Positions 32,427 through 43,276 are shown, counted from the stretch's first letter. The stretch: DNA of 64,000 nt from Nitrososphaerales archaeon (GCA_965197925.1 CBDAOC010000015.1:33839-97838); one strand, 5' to 3'. A program made the numbers and translations. The notes: generated by a model not told the origin, from the letters alone.

Positions 32427-32699
32427 TTGCTGGGCTGTAACAAGTATCGTGCATACATCAAAATCAGGGGTAAATGGACAGCCGTTGGATACTTCAATAC
32501 GAAATGTAAAAGGTTCAACCTGGACTTAGACAAGCGAGCACAAGAGCTAATACAAAAAGTTGGAAGCAAGACGGAATGCATAGATCATTTGAAGTTCTCC
32601 AATCAGTTTCTAAGAAATTGGCGTAAAGGCACCCTGGATCCTGACGACCCCGTTCAGAAAGAAACCTTGTACAAGAATTTTGGAGTTTCGGTAGACTAG
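32427..32699 (+). CDS. Hypothetical MGE protein
   Basis: Basic ORF in the same operon (RAYIKIRGKWTAVGY). Confidence 0.55.
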   Translation: MLGCNKYRAYIKIRGKWTAVGYFNTKCKRFNLDLDKRAQELIQKVGSKTECIDHLKFSNQFLRNWRKGTLDPDDPVQKETLYKNFGVSVD

Positions 32700-32841
32700 A
32701 TGGGCCAAAATTGAACCTAATTTCATGCAAGTATACCCCCCTCAAAAATGGCAAAAAATAATGCATTTTGAGTCTAAATGGATAAAAATAGGTGAAATAG
32801 CCGAATCAACAGAGCCGTTGTCTTATATTACAGACAATAAT

Positions 32842-33153
32842 TTACACAGTCATAGGCCTAATAGAATCTAGATTTAGATATTTGGATTTATAAGATGAGT
32901 TCCTTACAATTTCTAACATCTTTACTACATTATCTGGCATATTTATTTCATTAATTAATTTACTACTGGTCTTTTTTCGTGTAGTATATTGATGAGCAAA
33001 TGATCTGCTTATAGAACGTACCCCAGCAAAATCAACAGTCAAATTGTTGCTTGGTAAACTTTCCAAGTCGAAAAAATCATCTGCCACATTTCTCAATGCT
33101 AGATCGGCTGAGATCTTTTCTGCTATCCTGACTGTGATCGCTTCTTGCCTCAT
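32842..33153 (-). CDS. STAS-like (DUF4325) protein
   Basis: LTVDFAGVRSISRSFAHQY motif, downstream of an HATPase gene. Confidence 0.8.
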   Translation of the reverse strand: MRQEAITVRIAEKISADLALRNVADDFFDLESLPSNNLTVDFAGVRSISRSFAHQYTTRKKTSSKLINEINMPDNVVKMLEIVRNSSYKSKYLNLDSIRPMTV

Positions 33154-33159
33154 ACCTAA

Positions 33160-33969
33160 TTATTCGACATTATTGTATATATCAATTTGCTTAGTTTGGT
33201 TTTGGACTCTTAAGCTAATGAGTGTGCCTTTGAGTTTATAAGGCTCTGTGAGATTGTAAGCGTATTTCTCCTCCTTGCTCATGTACGCAGCACCATCGCC
33301 AGACACTATTAAAACCTGACCTTCAAGCCCCTCTAAGAAAATCCTAACTGATGAGCTAAGACCATAACCTCTTTCAATGCCACCTTTTGAAGAAAGACCT
33401 GCAATAGCATCCGATATAGCTCTAAAGGATTGACGTTCAGAATACGTCTTGCCATGTTTCGCAAAGCTTCCCGCAATAGTAATTCCATCGTCAAAAAGGC
33501 CTAGATCGGTAAACTCCCGACTATCATACCGTTGGGCCATTACCATAGCTTTGGTGAAGTAAGAGTGTCGGTAAATATTATCTACAAGTTCACTCACTAC
33601 GTATTTCAAAGCTTGTTCACCCCCAAATACTTCGGTTCGAATCAGTTGGTACATGCGTTGTAATACTGATCCACATTCATTGGGCTCCGCTGGTAATGTT
33701 ACCAATGGTATGTAAGATTTATTATCAGAGCTTTCCAAATCCTTGCCAAGAATAGTTAACAGATAGTTCCGAACATTGTTATCTTCTGGTTCTATAATAT
33801 TCTTAAGATGACTCACCAGATTCAATACAGGTAGAAGAGTAGTGGGATGGAAAAAAGATGCCTTCCGTAAATTAATTACACTGGTTTTGATAAACCCTGT
33901 TCTATAGCCGCAAAATTCGAGGTAGTTGCTGAACAGCTCAGGATATTGTGTCCCCATCAGCCATACCAT
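33160..33969 (-). CDS. GHKL/HATPase_c ATP-binding protein (anti-sigma-kinase-like)
   Basis: N box ELVDNIYRHS, G1 DDGITI, G2 RGYGLSS and G3 KGTLISL. Confidence 0.82.
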   Translation of the reverse strand: MVWLMGTQYPELFSNYLEFCGYRTGFIKTSVINLRKASFFHPTTLLPVLNLVSHLKNIIEPEDNNVRNYLLTILGKDLESSDNKSYIPLVTLPAEPNECGSVLQRMYQLIRTEVFGGEQALKYVVSELVDNIYRHSYFTKAMVMAQRYDSREFTDLGLFDDGITIAGSFAKHGKTYSERQSFRAISDAIAGLSSKGGIERGYGLSSSVRIFLEGLEGQVLIVSGDGAAYMSKEEKYAYNLTEPYKLKGTLISLRVQNQTKQIDIYNNVE

Positions 33970-34169
33970 CTACAGTTAGAAAGTATCAGGTTCTGTAAGA
34001 ATGATGCCTTTTCCAATAATGGTATTTCTAGTTGAATGAATCGATCTAGTTTCTCCTTTATCCTGTGTCTTATGACATATTCATAATTAGGATCTACATG
34101 TTTCTTGTTAAGGAGATAGTCTATTTCTGACCTTGTCAATAAAGCCGGGCTTCGTTGAAGCGAATTCAT
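33957..34169 (-). CDS. Small hypothetical protein
   Basis: LLTRSEIDYL...YEYVIRHRIKEKL; overlaps both neighbours, suggesting an operon. Confidence 0.55.
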   Translation of the reverse strand: MNSLQRSPALLTRSEIDYLLNKKHVDPNYEYVIRHRIKEKLDRFIQLEIPLLEKASFLQNLILSNCRWYG

Positions 34170-34723
34170 CCATAATCATCATCTGATTCAGTTTCAAAGG
34201 TAATGCGTACGGGTTTGTCTTTAGGTATGTTTTCTGGATCTAACCCACATTTATTACAAAATTCCAGCCATTTATTCGCAGGATCGTCAGTTGACTTTCT
34301 ACCTTGTAAGGCATTTTTTATTAATTCTAGGCGTTTAGGTGTTAGAACTGCCTGATTAACATCCGGTAGATTTGTTGGACATTCTTCATAAATAGCACTT
34401 ATTAGTTTTTCCACATCATAAGTAGGATTTTTCTTCGAAGTATATTTAATATCCATTCGTTGGAGCATTTCTTCTAACCACGCAGTACCCAACAGCTTAT
34501 TCGTAAGATCTTGACACGCATCTTGGACTAATTCAGACCTAGATATTCCATAGAGTTTTGCCGCTTGATCTAACGTGTCAAGTAATCTTTTAGGCATAGT
34601 CATACCTATTCTGATGATCTCCGGTGGTTCCAATACTTCTATGTTTTTTACTTTTCTTGAACTTGTTTTTGTAGCATCAGTAGACATATTCTTCGGCATA
34701 CGAACAGATATACTGTTATACAT
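34166..34723 (-). CDS. Ribbon-helix-helix (CopG/NikR-like) regulator
   Basis: RIGMTMPKRLLDTLDQAAKLYGISRSELVQDA. Confidence 0.8.
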   Translation of the reverse strand: MYNSISVRMPKNMSTDATKTSSRKVKNIEVLEPPEIIRIGMTMPKRLLDTLDQAAKLYGISRSELVQDACQDLTNKLLGTAWLEEMLQRMDIKYTSKKNPTYDVEKLISAIYEECPTNLPDVNQAVLTPKRLELIKNALQGRKSTDDPANKWLEFCNKCGLDPENIPKDKPVRITFETESDDDYG

Positions 34724-35062
34724 ATTAATAAATGTAACGATGTATACCGCTACTATGCTCTCTTCAATATATATGGTTCAACTACTCATGTGAGCGTAAC
34801 TGAATACAGTTGACAAAACCAGGAAAACTTACCTAAGGAATACCCAATACATCCTAGCTGCAAGAGTCAACTTCAAGATCAACTTCTAAGAACATATCCT
34901 ATTACAAGACTAGGGTTTTGATAAAGAGAAAAATTCACATAACCTTTGATTCATTCCCATTTAGGTAGGTAACACATGTAACAGGTTCTCTTATTTTATT
35001 GTGGAAAAGAATAACCATATTTATAGGGAAATAAATAAAACATGTTACATTCGTTACATCTG

Positions 35063-35671
35063 TTATCTAGAAAGTTCTTTTTGATGTATCCAGCTGCGTA
35101 TTTTTAAAAGAGGGATAGCTTCTTCTGGCTTGTCTGGAAATGGGAAACCGTGTTTCAATGCCTTCTTCAGGATTCCTTTCGGGTATGGTTGGTTGATACG
35201 TCTGAGACTTAGCCTAATTCTTAGCTGATCAAGCTTATCCATAAAGCGGGAAACAGTATCGAACAATGATCTATCATCCTCATTGCTTTCTAAGTGAGAG
35301 AATCCAATCAACTTGGTTTTGTCATTACACATGACCGTTTCTCTGTTTCGTATGTAATAATGAGCCTTACCATCCTTCGTTACAAAGTCCAAGGTTTTGA
35401 TCTTAATATCCTTCCTATCTACCGTATCCACTAGATATTTGTAATCTCTATCTAATACAACTCGTAACGCCCGCCACTTTGACAAGTTTTTACGATTGAA
35501 ATTTAGTAGGTGTCGAGAGTAGACTATATACATAATATCTCTAGTCAAAGCATCGAGACTAGTTGTAAGCCTTTGTTCAATCTTATGCTTTAACCTTCTA
35601 TCGAGTGTTTCCTTTTCTAGTGCTTTCTTTTCCCAATCAGATAATAGTCCTTTACGCATGGATTTTGTCAC
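35063..35671 (-). CDS. Hypothetical basic protein
   Basis: 202-aa ORF, divergent from the RHH gene at 35727. Confidence 0.55.
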   Translation of the reverse strand: MTKSMRKGLLSDWEKKALEKETLDRRLKHKIEQRLTTSLDALTRDIMYIVYSRHLLNFNRKNLSKWRALRVVLDRDYKYLVDTVDRKDIKIKTLDFVTKDGKAHYYIRNRETVMCNDKTKLIGFSHLESNEDDRSLFDTVSRFMDKLDQLRIRLSLRRINQPYPKGILKKALKHGFPFPDKPEEAIPLLKIRSWIHQKELSR

Positions 35672-35726
35672 CTAATTTAGATGACGCAATACTCTTAAGT
35701 TTACTTACCTGTCTAATAATTAGAAA

Positions 35727-35882
35727 ATGAAAACATTTAGAAGTCTCGATAGAAAAATCCCCATAGGTATTGGTCTACCGATTAGTTTAGTCGATAGAAT
35801 CGACAGCATCAGAGGAAATAAAGACCGTTCGGAGTTTGTCCGTGAGGCTATAGAATATTTCCTAGGGGAGGGTCAAAAATGA
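35727..35882 (+). CDS. Small RHH/CopG regulator (not in ORF track)
   Basis: Translated by hand, 51 aa: ...IGIGLPISLVDRIDSIRGNKDRSEFVREAIEYFL; ATGA overlap with 35879. Confidence 0.8.
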   Translation: MKTFRSLDRKIPIGIGLPISLVDRIDSIRGNKDRSEFVREAIEYFLGEGQK

Positions 35883-36286
35883 AGTCTACACAAGCTCAAA
35901 TTGAAGAGCTCGAATATCAACTGAAAGCCAAAGGTTTGAAGTATTTTGACCACGTAGCTCTAGCCTGTTTTACTGATGAAATAATAGAAATAGACTTTGA
36001 AGATATTACCATTACACAAGAGCTTCCTACCAAGGAAAAGAAAGTTATCATTAGTGAAGCTCTCAGACAACTTTTTAATATTGTTCACAGGCACTGCGAT
36101 GAATCACACACATTACCATGGAGATATGACAAACTCGAGGGAATACTCGTAACAGAATTATCCACGAAAACTTGGGTTGAGGCCCACGTCACAAAATTAG
36201 GAGGTTTTCTCCATGAAATTAGAGCAAATATCACACTCAGAGTTAGCCGATTTTATAATCAACTCATCTCAAAACTAACCATTTAG
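35879..36286 (+). CDS. Hypothetical protein
   Basis: Translationally coupled to the RHH gene. Confidence 0.55.
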   Translation: MKSTQAQIEELEYQLKAKGLKYFDHVALACFTDEIIEIDFEDITITQELPTKEKKVIISEALRQLFNIVHRHCDESHTLPWRYDKLEGILVTELSTKTWVEAHVTKLGGFLHEIRANITLRVSRFYNQLISKLTI

Positions 36287-36304
36287 ACAATTTTTAGCGA
36301 CCAT

Positions 36305-37130
36305 TTAGATCCATGAATAGCGACATCTAAAATTATTTTATGAAATTCCAAGAATTATCAGACAAACAGTGGAGTATGATGGAATCACGCATACCACCAC
36401 ATGCAAAAACTGGCAGGCCTAGGGATGATGATAGAAAAATCATTAACGGAATAATCCATGTTCTGACTACTGGATGCCGATGGGACGATATGCCAAAAAG
36501 ATATGGTGATGATTCTACTGCAAACAGAGGGTTAAACAAATGGCAACAAAAAGGAATCTGGAAAAAGATTCTATCGCGTACTATTCACTCAGCACATAAA
36601 TCTGGCAAAATTAGTCTACAAATATCAGTTGACTCCATCCATTCCTGATAAAAAAGGGGCAATGTAACTGGATATAATGGATTCAAGAGAATAACAGGTA
36701 CAAAAATACATGCCGCAGTAGAGGGTAACGGATTTCCAATATCCATACTGTTGAGTCCGGCAAATGAACATGACAGTACAAAATGCATGGATGTTACAGG
36801 ATCAATTTCAGACTATCTTGATGATGATTCAATACAACAGATAGAACCAGTTTATGCAGACAAGGTATGATGCAAAATACATCAGAATGTATTTGTGGGA
36901 TAGAAATATTGCATGTTGCATCCCATACAAAATAAATTCCAGGTCCATCTTGCAAAATAATGATTGCAGACATTACAGCAAGACAAGATTTGTAGTTGAG
37001 AGATTCTTTGCATGGCTCAAGAATGGGTTCCACAGAACCAGGATCAGATATGAGAAGAATACACAAAACTATCTGGCATTTGTTATCATTTCGTCGATTA
37101 TGATGTATTGGAGAGTATTGGGATGACTTC
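36305..37130 (+). mobile_element. IS5-family element C (IS427-like), degenerate; left end approximate
   Basis: ORFs 36340-36648 (INGIIHVLTTGCRW) and 36854-37126 (RFVVERFFAWLK...RYEK). Confidence 0.85.
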
Positions 37131-37181
37131 ATATACATTGTGATACCATAATTTAAAATACATGGAAGAAAGAGTGATGTT

Positions 37182-37589
37182 ATGAAATTACAAAAAGTTC
37201 ATGCCTATAATTATGGTGACAGGTCACAATTCAAGTATATTGTAACTTTACAAGAAGATTTGATTAATCAGTTAAAATGGGAATCTGGGAGTGAATTAAA
37301 GGCTATGATACAAGGTAATGGAATCCAAATTAGCTTTATTTCCAAACCTCTTAAAAATAAGACATCAAAATCATTAGAACCAAAGATGCCTTATTCTGAA
37401 TTTAGAGATAAAATCAAGAGTGCATTAGAACATAGAGATAACGGTATGACATGGACAGAACTAAAAGAATCACTAGAATTAGAGCAAACGGTACCAAACA
37501 ACAAATGGGTTAGACAATTAGAGAAAGACATTGGACTAAAACGAATTAGAGACACAAATGGTGTTATTTGGAGAATTTCTCATGTCTGA
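37182..37589 (+). CDS. AbrB/MazE-like plus winged-helix fusion regulator
   Basis: IVTLQEDLINQLKWESGSEL (AbrB-like) and GMTWTELKESL (wHTH-like). Confidence 0.6.
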   Translation: MKLQKVHAYNYGDRSQFKYIVTLQEDLINQLKWESGSELKAMIQGNGIQISFISKPLKNKTSKSLEPKMPYSEFRDKIKSALEHRDNGMTWTELKESLELEQTVPNNKWVRQLEKDIGLKRIRDTNGVIWRISHV

Positions 37590-38357
37590 TGGTTTAAAAC
37601 AATTTGATGATATAGAACGTCGTGAAGAAGTAGAGAGAAAATATTTTGAAGATTTGATAGTGCTTGGAAATGCTGTACCTGATGAAATTAGTGATAATAG
37701 AAAAACTGTATGTACTGTTGCACATTCAAAAGAACATGGTTTGATTAGAATTTATCCAGTACCTCCAAGTTCTCATATGAAACGCTGGAACATAATTTCA
37801 ATTCCTCTTGAACGTAACAAACAGGATAGCAGGGATGAGAGTTGGAAAATTCAAGGTTCCAAAGCTGAATGGGATACACTATCAAAGAAGATCAAAGTTA
37901 AGAGAAAACTTGAGGAAAAGAGTGGGTTGCATTAATTGAAGAACTGAAAACAAATTATGGATATGGATGTATTGAAGATATTAATGACAAAAAACTAAGT
38001 TTGGGAATTATCGTACCAAAAATTGTTTCCAAACAGTTAGAAAAAAGAAAAGAGACAGATATAACAATACAAACTACATTAGAAAATGGAGATCCATTTC
38101 TTACAATCAATAACTATGAGGTTCGTCCTACAATTACATATCAATGTCCAACTTGTAGAACCAAAAAAGGACATCATGTACAAGGAGTATTAGAATGGGG
38201 AGTTTACGAATGGATTCGTGGTAATAAAAATATGAAACAAATGTGGGATAATCTCCACATAGGAGAATCAGGGTATGACCTATGTTTCCTTGTCGGGAAC
38301 ATGAACCGTCATAGAAGTAGATTTTTGATCATTAGTATCTTCAGATACAAAGTTTGA
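37582..38357 (+). pseudogene. Conserved hypothetical protein (TVC...IRIYP...D.R.ES type), single frameshift
   Basis: ORFs 37558-37935 and 38001-38357 join into ~258 aa if one A is added to the A4 run at 37916-37919 (KLEEKEWVAL...SLGIIVP). Confidence 0.7.
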
Positions 38358-38777
38358 TTGCAACAATCTAGGATCTTCAATCGAATCCCTAACCATGTGT
38401 CTATGACATGGACATCCATCCTTCTCATAACACAGCAAAGTTATGTTTTGCATCAGGTTTTTTGTCTGTAGTGTGTAAATTACCTTAACACTATCTATGT
38501 TGTCTCTTAACTCACAAAATAATGTATCTTTAAAATCATTCCAATCAATTTCATTATTTTTGTATCTCTTTAGAAGTTCAGCACTAGGAGCTAGTGACCT
38601 TACCCAAATATCATATTTTTCTCGCTTAACGCCTCTTGGATAAAAGCGTGTGATTAAAACTCTAAGTCCATCTTCTTCATCTACTTGCTTGTAGATTGAT
38701 TTTGTTCTGATCATCTGATTTCGCTTTGAAGTTGTCTTGGTAGATATTTTTCTCTTACTATGGTTGTAGAAATACAC
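38280..38777 (-). CDS. DUF488 (YeaO-like) protein
   Basis: DGLRVLITRFYPRGVKRE, LAPS.EL and ITLLCYE...CHR motifs. Confidence 0.88.
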   Translation of the reverse strand: MYFYNHSKRKISTKTTSKRNQMIRTKSIYKQVDEEDGLRVLITRFYPRGVKREKYDIWVRSLAPSAELLKRYKNNEIDWNDFKDTLFCELRDNIDSVKVIYTLQTKNLMQNITLLCYEKDGCPCHRHMVRDSIEDPRLLQSNFVSEDTNDQKSTSMTVHVPDKET

Positions 38778-38844
38778 TTCTTAATCAAAATGTTTCGTTA
38801 GAGGGTTTAGCTCTGGTAGATCACCAGAATCTAAGAAGATCAGT

Positions 38845-39528
38845 TTATGATTCTTCCTTAGCATTTCCTTTAACACTATCAAATTTTACTCCAAGTTTTT
38901 TCATGGAAACATTTCCATTTTTAATTACGTCTTTAATCTGTTTTTGAGTTGAACTTAATTGAGCTCTGCCTTTTTTCACATCAAGAAAAGTTATGGATGA
39001 AACATCTTTTTTGAATAGTCCATCAAATACAATAAAATCAATAGGTTGAGTTGGCATTAATGAACATAGATCAGCTGGATTATAGTTTGTTTTATTGAAA
39101 AATGGAAATAATTCTGCAATGTGACCCTCTATTACACTTCTTGACCGAAGTAAAGCTAACAATGTCTCTTCTTTAATTATTTCTTTTTGTGAGTATGCAA
39201 TATCTGATTTCATATGTCTTATTTTTTCAGAAAGTATTTTCTTGTTGTTTTTGTATTCCTCATTCATTAGATTGATTTTATCTTTTAACCTATATGTAGA
39301 TTCATTCATTTTTTGGTTTAATTCATCCAAATCAAACTCATATTTTTCTTTAAATTGTTCTAGTTTCTCTAGTGCTATCTTTGTTTGTTTTTCTGATTTT
39401 GCTAACAAGTCTTTAGGTGGATTTTTCCCATGCATCAATCTAGCATCAAACAAAGAAAAAATAAAATTACAATGAGGGCATTCAGCATAAATATTTCTTG
39501 ATTTCTTTAATCCATCAATAAAATCCAT
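38845..39528 (-). CDS. Holliday junction resolvase-like PD-(D/E)xK endonuclease with coiled coil
   Basis: SRSVIEG...PIDFIVFDGL...FLDVKKG..QLS..QKQI; N-terminal CPHC. Confidence 0.8.
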   Translation of the reverse strand: MDFIDGLKKSRNIYAECPHCNFIFSLFDARLMHGKNPPKDLLAKSEKQTKIALEKLEQFKEKYEFDLDELNQKMNESTYRLKDKINLMNEEYKNNKKILSEKIRHMKSDIAYSQKEIIKEETLLALLRSRSVIEGHIAELFPFFNKTNYNPADLCSLMPTQPIDFIVFDGLFKKDVSSITFLDVKKGRAQLSSTQKQIKDVIKNGNVSMKKLGVKFDSVKGNAKEES

Positions 39529-39581
39529 TCATGTTCCCATTATATTTTTTATTTAAAGACTATTAGGTTAAAAATATTCAA

Positions 39582-40820
39582 AATGCCAAAAAATCCAAGC
39601 TACCGACACTACACATAAGAAAACAGCTACCGTAGATTACACAGAACCATCCAAGTGCAGTTCATGCAAGGTTTGAACATTCACTAGGAACTCTTCATGT
39701 AGCTGACAGAATTGCCCGTGTTTTACATATGGGTGATGAGAGCAGGACGGTCGTTCGAATGATGGCTTTGCTGCATGATGTCTGACATGGGACTTTTTCC
39801 CATCTTTTTTTCCCATCTTTTTGAAATTCCAATGAGGGAAATTAACGGAAATAATTTTTCTCATGAAATCGTAAGTCAATTTATCATTGATGCTGACGTT
39901 GAACTCAGCAAAGGTATGGGTGGTTTAAAGAAACTGGTGATTAATACACTTGGAAAAAAGTGCAATTCTCTACTACTAGAGATAATTTCTAGCAATCTTG
40001 ATGCTGACAAGATTGATTACCTAAGAAGGGATTCCTACCATACTGGCGCACTCTGGTTTTTTCGATCTTGAAAGAATCGTTAGAAATCTTGCTAATACTG
40101 AAGACGGACATCATATAGCAATTACGGATAAAGGAAAAGAAGCGGTAGAAGGTTATAGGCTGGCACGCTATTCCATGTATACACAGGTATATGAACACCA
40201 CACACGACTTGTTGCTGATGACATGTTTTTACGGGCATTTCAGTTGGCCGTCTCCGATGGAACAATTCCAAAATCTAAATTAAAAATTCCTACAAAGAAG
40301 AAGAATTTTGATGCATTTCTTAAATATTATTATTCATTGGACGATGCCTCAATCATGCTAGAAATTGCTCGAAATGGAAAAGGAAATTCACAAAAAATGA
40401 TTAACGACATCATGAATAGGAGATTACTGAAAAGGGGGTTTGGAGTACGAATATTCAAGGACGAAATCAAGGACGGAACTGTTAGAGATGAGATAATAAA
40501 AATGAGCGCCGAGTCAAAATTGGAATTGGAAAAGGATATTGCCCGATCAGTGAAAATTGATCCAGATCATATAATTGTTCATATCCAAAAATTGGAAAAC
40601 AAACTATACACACCCTATGAACACCTTGGAGAAAAATGAACTGCCTATATTATTGAAGAAACGTGACGGCTCTGCTTCTTTCTTTGAGGATGAAGGAGAG
40701 ATTTCCGCATCCTCAGCACCTTTAAGAAAATTCTACGTATTTTGTCCCGAAGGAAAACGTGAGGATGTCAAACAATACATCGAAAAACGATTCAAGATCA
40801 CCAGTACCTTGCACAAATGA
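39582..40820 (+). pseudogene. HD-domain dNTP triphosphohydrolase (SAMHD1/YdhJ-like), disrupted
   Basis: Fragments H.RFEHSLG, ALLHD, HG.FSH.FE, LDADKIDYLRRDSYHTG and RYSMYTQVYEHHT, broken by stops, frameshifts and a local duplication (tttcccatcttt x2). Confidence 0.88.
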
Positions 40821-40836
40821 TGAGGCATAATAACTG

Positions 40837-40974
40837 TGCCCTGTTGCATAACCATGAAATCCATTACTGGATAACGAAGTTATTCTGTCATTGCGGTGCG
40901 AATCCCCGGACTGCATCTTCAATTATCTAGCCGTAAGACAAAAAATTGCAGAATTTGAGTTGTGCAACGAAGCA
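40837..40974 (+). mobile_element. MITE copy 1 (138 bp)
   Basis: 16-bp TIRs tgccctgttgcataac / gttgtgcaacgaagca; homologous to 46945-47082 (inverted) and 63744-63882. Confidence 0.9.
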
Positions 40975-41298
40975 GCTAGAACATGCGGGAATTGTTAAGA
41001 TGTGGAATGGTAGCCGAACTGCCTTCTTTGGTGAATGATACGGCGTCATTCATCAATCTATTTTCTTATGCTATCTATCGAATACCTACCGTTGCATTGT
41101 ATACGCGAGAGTCGGTAACAATGAGAACATACTCTCGCATATGTAAAGAAGGAATCATTGTCAGCGTTCGGATACCGCAGTCCGTTCTGCTGATTTTTCT
41201 GTCTTCATTGCCATGCAACTTTTTAATCCTTCCACGGCATCGTGGGCAGTAGACCGCTCGAGCAGCTCCTGTTACGTGTAATCAAATCCCGTACCGCC

Positions 41299-42567
41299 CT
41301 ATCTGTAGATCTCGTTAGAGAAATCCGCTACTTCAGCTATGGCCTTGCAAATACTTGGGTCATCCTCTCCAAACCCACTCATTATCTTGCCACAAATGCG
41401 GAAATATTCGTATGTCATGTGATCTTTATCTGACATTCCCATAAGAGGATCATCTCCATGAATTGCACTAAACGGACTGGAATGAATTTTACCTGCGTAA
41501 GCCTCTAATTTTATTTCGTGCATACTCCGTACCAATTCATAGAAAGCTTCCTGGCCACCTGCTTCATTATAGAAACCTATCGCCTTCTCCTTTCCGATCA
41601 ACTCTTCAAGTAGTGTCCACATGAAGGCGATCTCTAGTTTCCTGGTTGGTTCAACACCGACATTCGACCGTAAAGAAATCAAATTCAACAGTCTTTTTAT
41701 GTTTCTTGGATTTTTAGGGCCTGCCTTCGAAAGCAAATCTAGAAAATCATCAGGCATTTTTGGTATTAAACTACGGATGTAATCCCTAACTTGTTCTACA
41801 CTCGGCTTCGGAATTCCTGTAGGTACCTGAAAGATCTCTTCTAAATATTCCTGTCCTTCCTTCGATGGTACACCTTCCTTTGCATACTTCCAAGACCATG
41901 CAAGCTCGGCCTTTGACATATCTACGGCAACAACGAACACCACATTACTAATATTAAGAAATATCTTTATCATATCCAAAATCTTCAACATGTTCTCCAA
42001 GCTGCACCTGTCCAAATCGTCTATGAATACTAGAAGTTTTTTACTTCCTGTTGCGTAAAAGATCATCTTTTGTAATTTCTCTGATATTGTCGTTGTCGCT
42101 TTGTATGTGATATCAAAATACTTCCTCATTGTTTCTATGTCCATTCCCGCATAACGTGTAGCAAGGACATTTACTGCCAGATATCCAAAATTTCCTACCC
42201 TATATCCAAATTGTCTCAATCTGGTTGACAATGAGGGCTTCTGTCCCAGTGCATTTGATATGGTCCAAAATAATGCCATCGTTGGATCCATATGTTCATA
42301 CTGCCATGCATCAAACAAGACCGTAGTTACTTTATTGCTTCCCAGGCTGTTTCTCAGCGTCCTGATTAAGGTAGTCTTGCCTGCCCCCCGTTCACCATTT
42401 ACTGCGATTGCCAAAGGGGCTATCAAATTATCCGAATGCAAAAATTTGTATAGCGTCTCTACAACTTCTCCCAAGCCTAACAGTGAAGCATTATCTATCG
42501 GCTCATCCTTGATCGGCTTTATCTGCCACTGCTCCTTCCCCTTCTCAGCCTGTTCTTTGCTCACCAA
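41299..42567 (-). CDS. KAP-family P-loop NTPase
   Basis: NGERGAGKTT, FDAWQYE, VFIDDLDRC and NPRNIKRLLN motifs. Confidence 0.9.
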   Translation of the reverse strand: MVSKEQAEKGKEQWQIKPIKDEPIDNASLLGLGEVVETLYKFLHSDNLIAPLAIAVNGERGAGKTTLIRTLRNSLGSNKVTTVLFDAWQYEHMDPTMALFWTISNALGQKPSLSTRLRQFGYRVGNFGYLAVNVLATRYAGMDIETMRKYFDITYKATTTISEKLQKMIFYATGSKKLLVFIDDLDRCSLENMLKILDMIKIFLNISNVVFVVAVDMSKAELAWSWKYAKEGVPSKEGQEYLEEIFQVPTGIPKPSVEQVRDYIRSLIPKMPDDFLDLLSKAGPKNPRNIKRLLNLISLRSNVGVEPTRKLEIAFMWTLLEELIGKEKAIGFYNEAGGQEAFYELVRSMHEIKLEAYAGKIHSSPFSAIHGDDPLMGMSDKDHMTYEYFRICGKIMSGFGEDDPSICKAIAEVADFSNEIYR

Positions 42568-42689
42568 TCATGACCTCTTGAAACTTCTTCCGCCATGCAA
42601 GATAAGATCGTGTCATTAGCTACTCTACCAGATTTCCCTCATTCGGTATTTTAATCCTCTGCCTATTCACTTACCTTGGCCGTTCAGAC

Positions 42690-43276
42690 ACACAACTATG
42701 TAAGGTGATACCTGGAAAAGTATTCTATCCGGATTGATCGACTGCCCACAAACCAGACAAGCTGAATTTGCAAGAAATACCAGCTGATTCCCCATCAGTT
42801 CCCAATAAAAAAGTGACGGCGTAACAGGATACGACGGGTTCAAAAGGATCACGGGCGCAAAATTACGCGCTGCGGCAGGACAAAACGGATTACCAACGTC
42901 AATTGTGACTGGTTCCGCAGACTCCTGATTCAACAAGATTTACGGATGTCATGGAAAATATTCCTGATTTTCCTGATGATGATTCCATAAAACAATGCAC
43001 CGGTTTATGCAGGCAGGGGTCATGATGCAGAATCGATTCGAAGGTATACTAGAAACAGAAACATTGCTCCGTGTACCGCACAGAAATTTCAACACAGGAA
43101 ACAACCAAGCAAAAAATCAATTGCAACAAGACACGATTTGTAGTGGAGGGGTTCTTTGCATGGTTGAAAAATGGATTTCATAGAACCAGAATCAGGTATG
43201 AGAAAAATGCGGATAACTAGGCATTTGTTGTAATTTCATCAATCATGACGTATTGGAGAGTATTGTGATGACTTTC
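42690..43276 (+). mobile_element. IS5-family element C remnant
   Basis: Nucleotide homology to 36550-37130, including the ...gtattg.gatgactt end. Confidence 0.8.
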
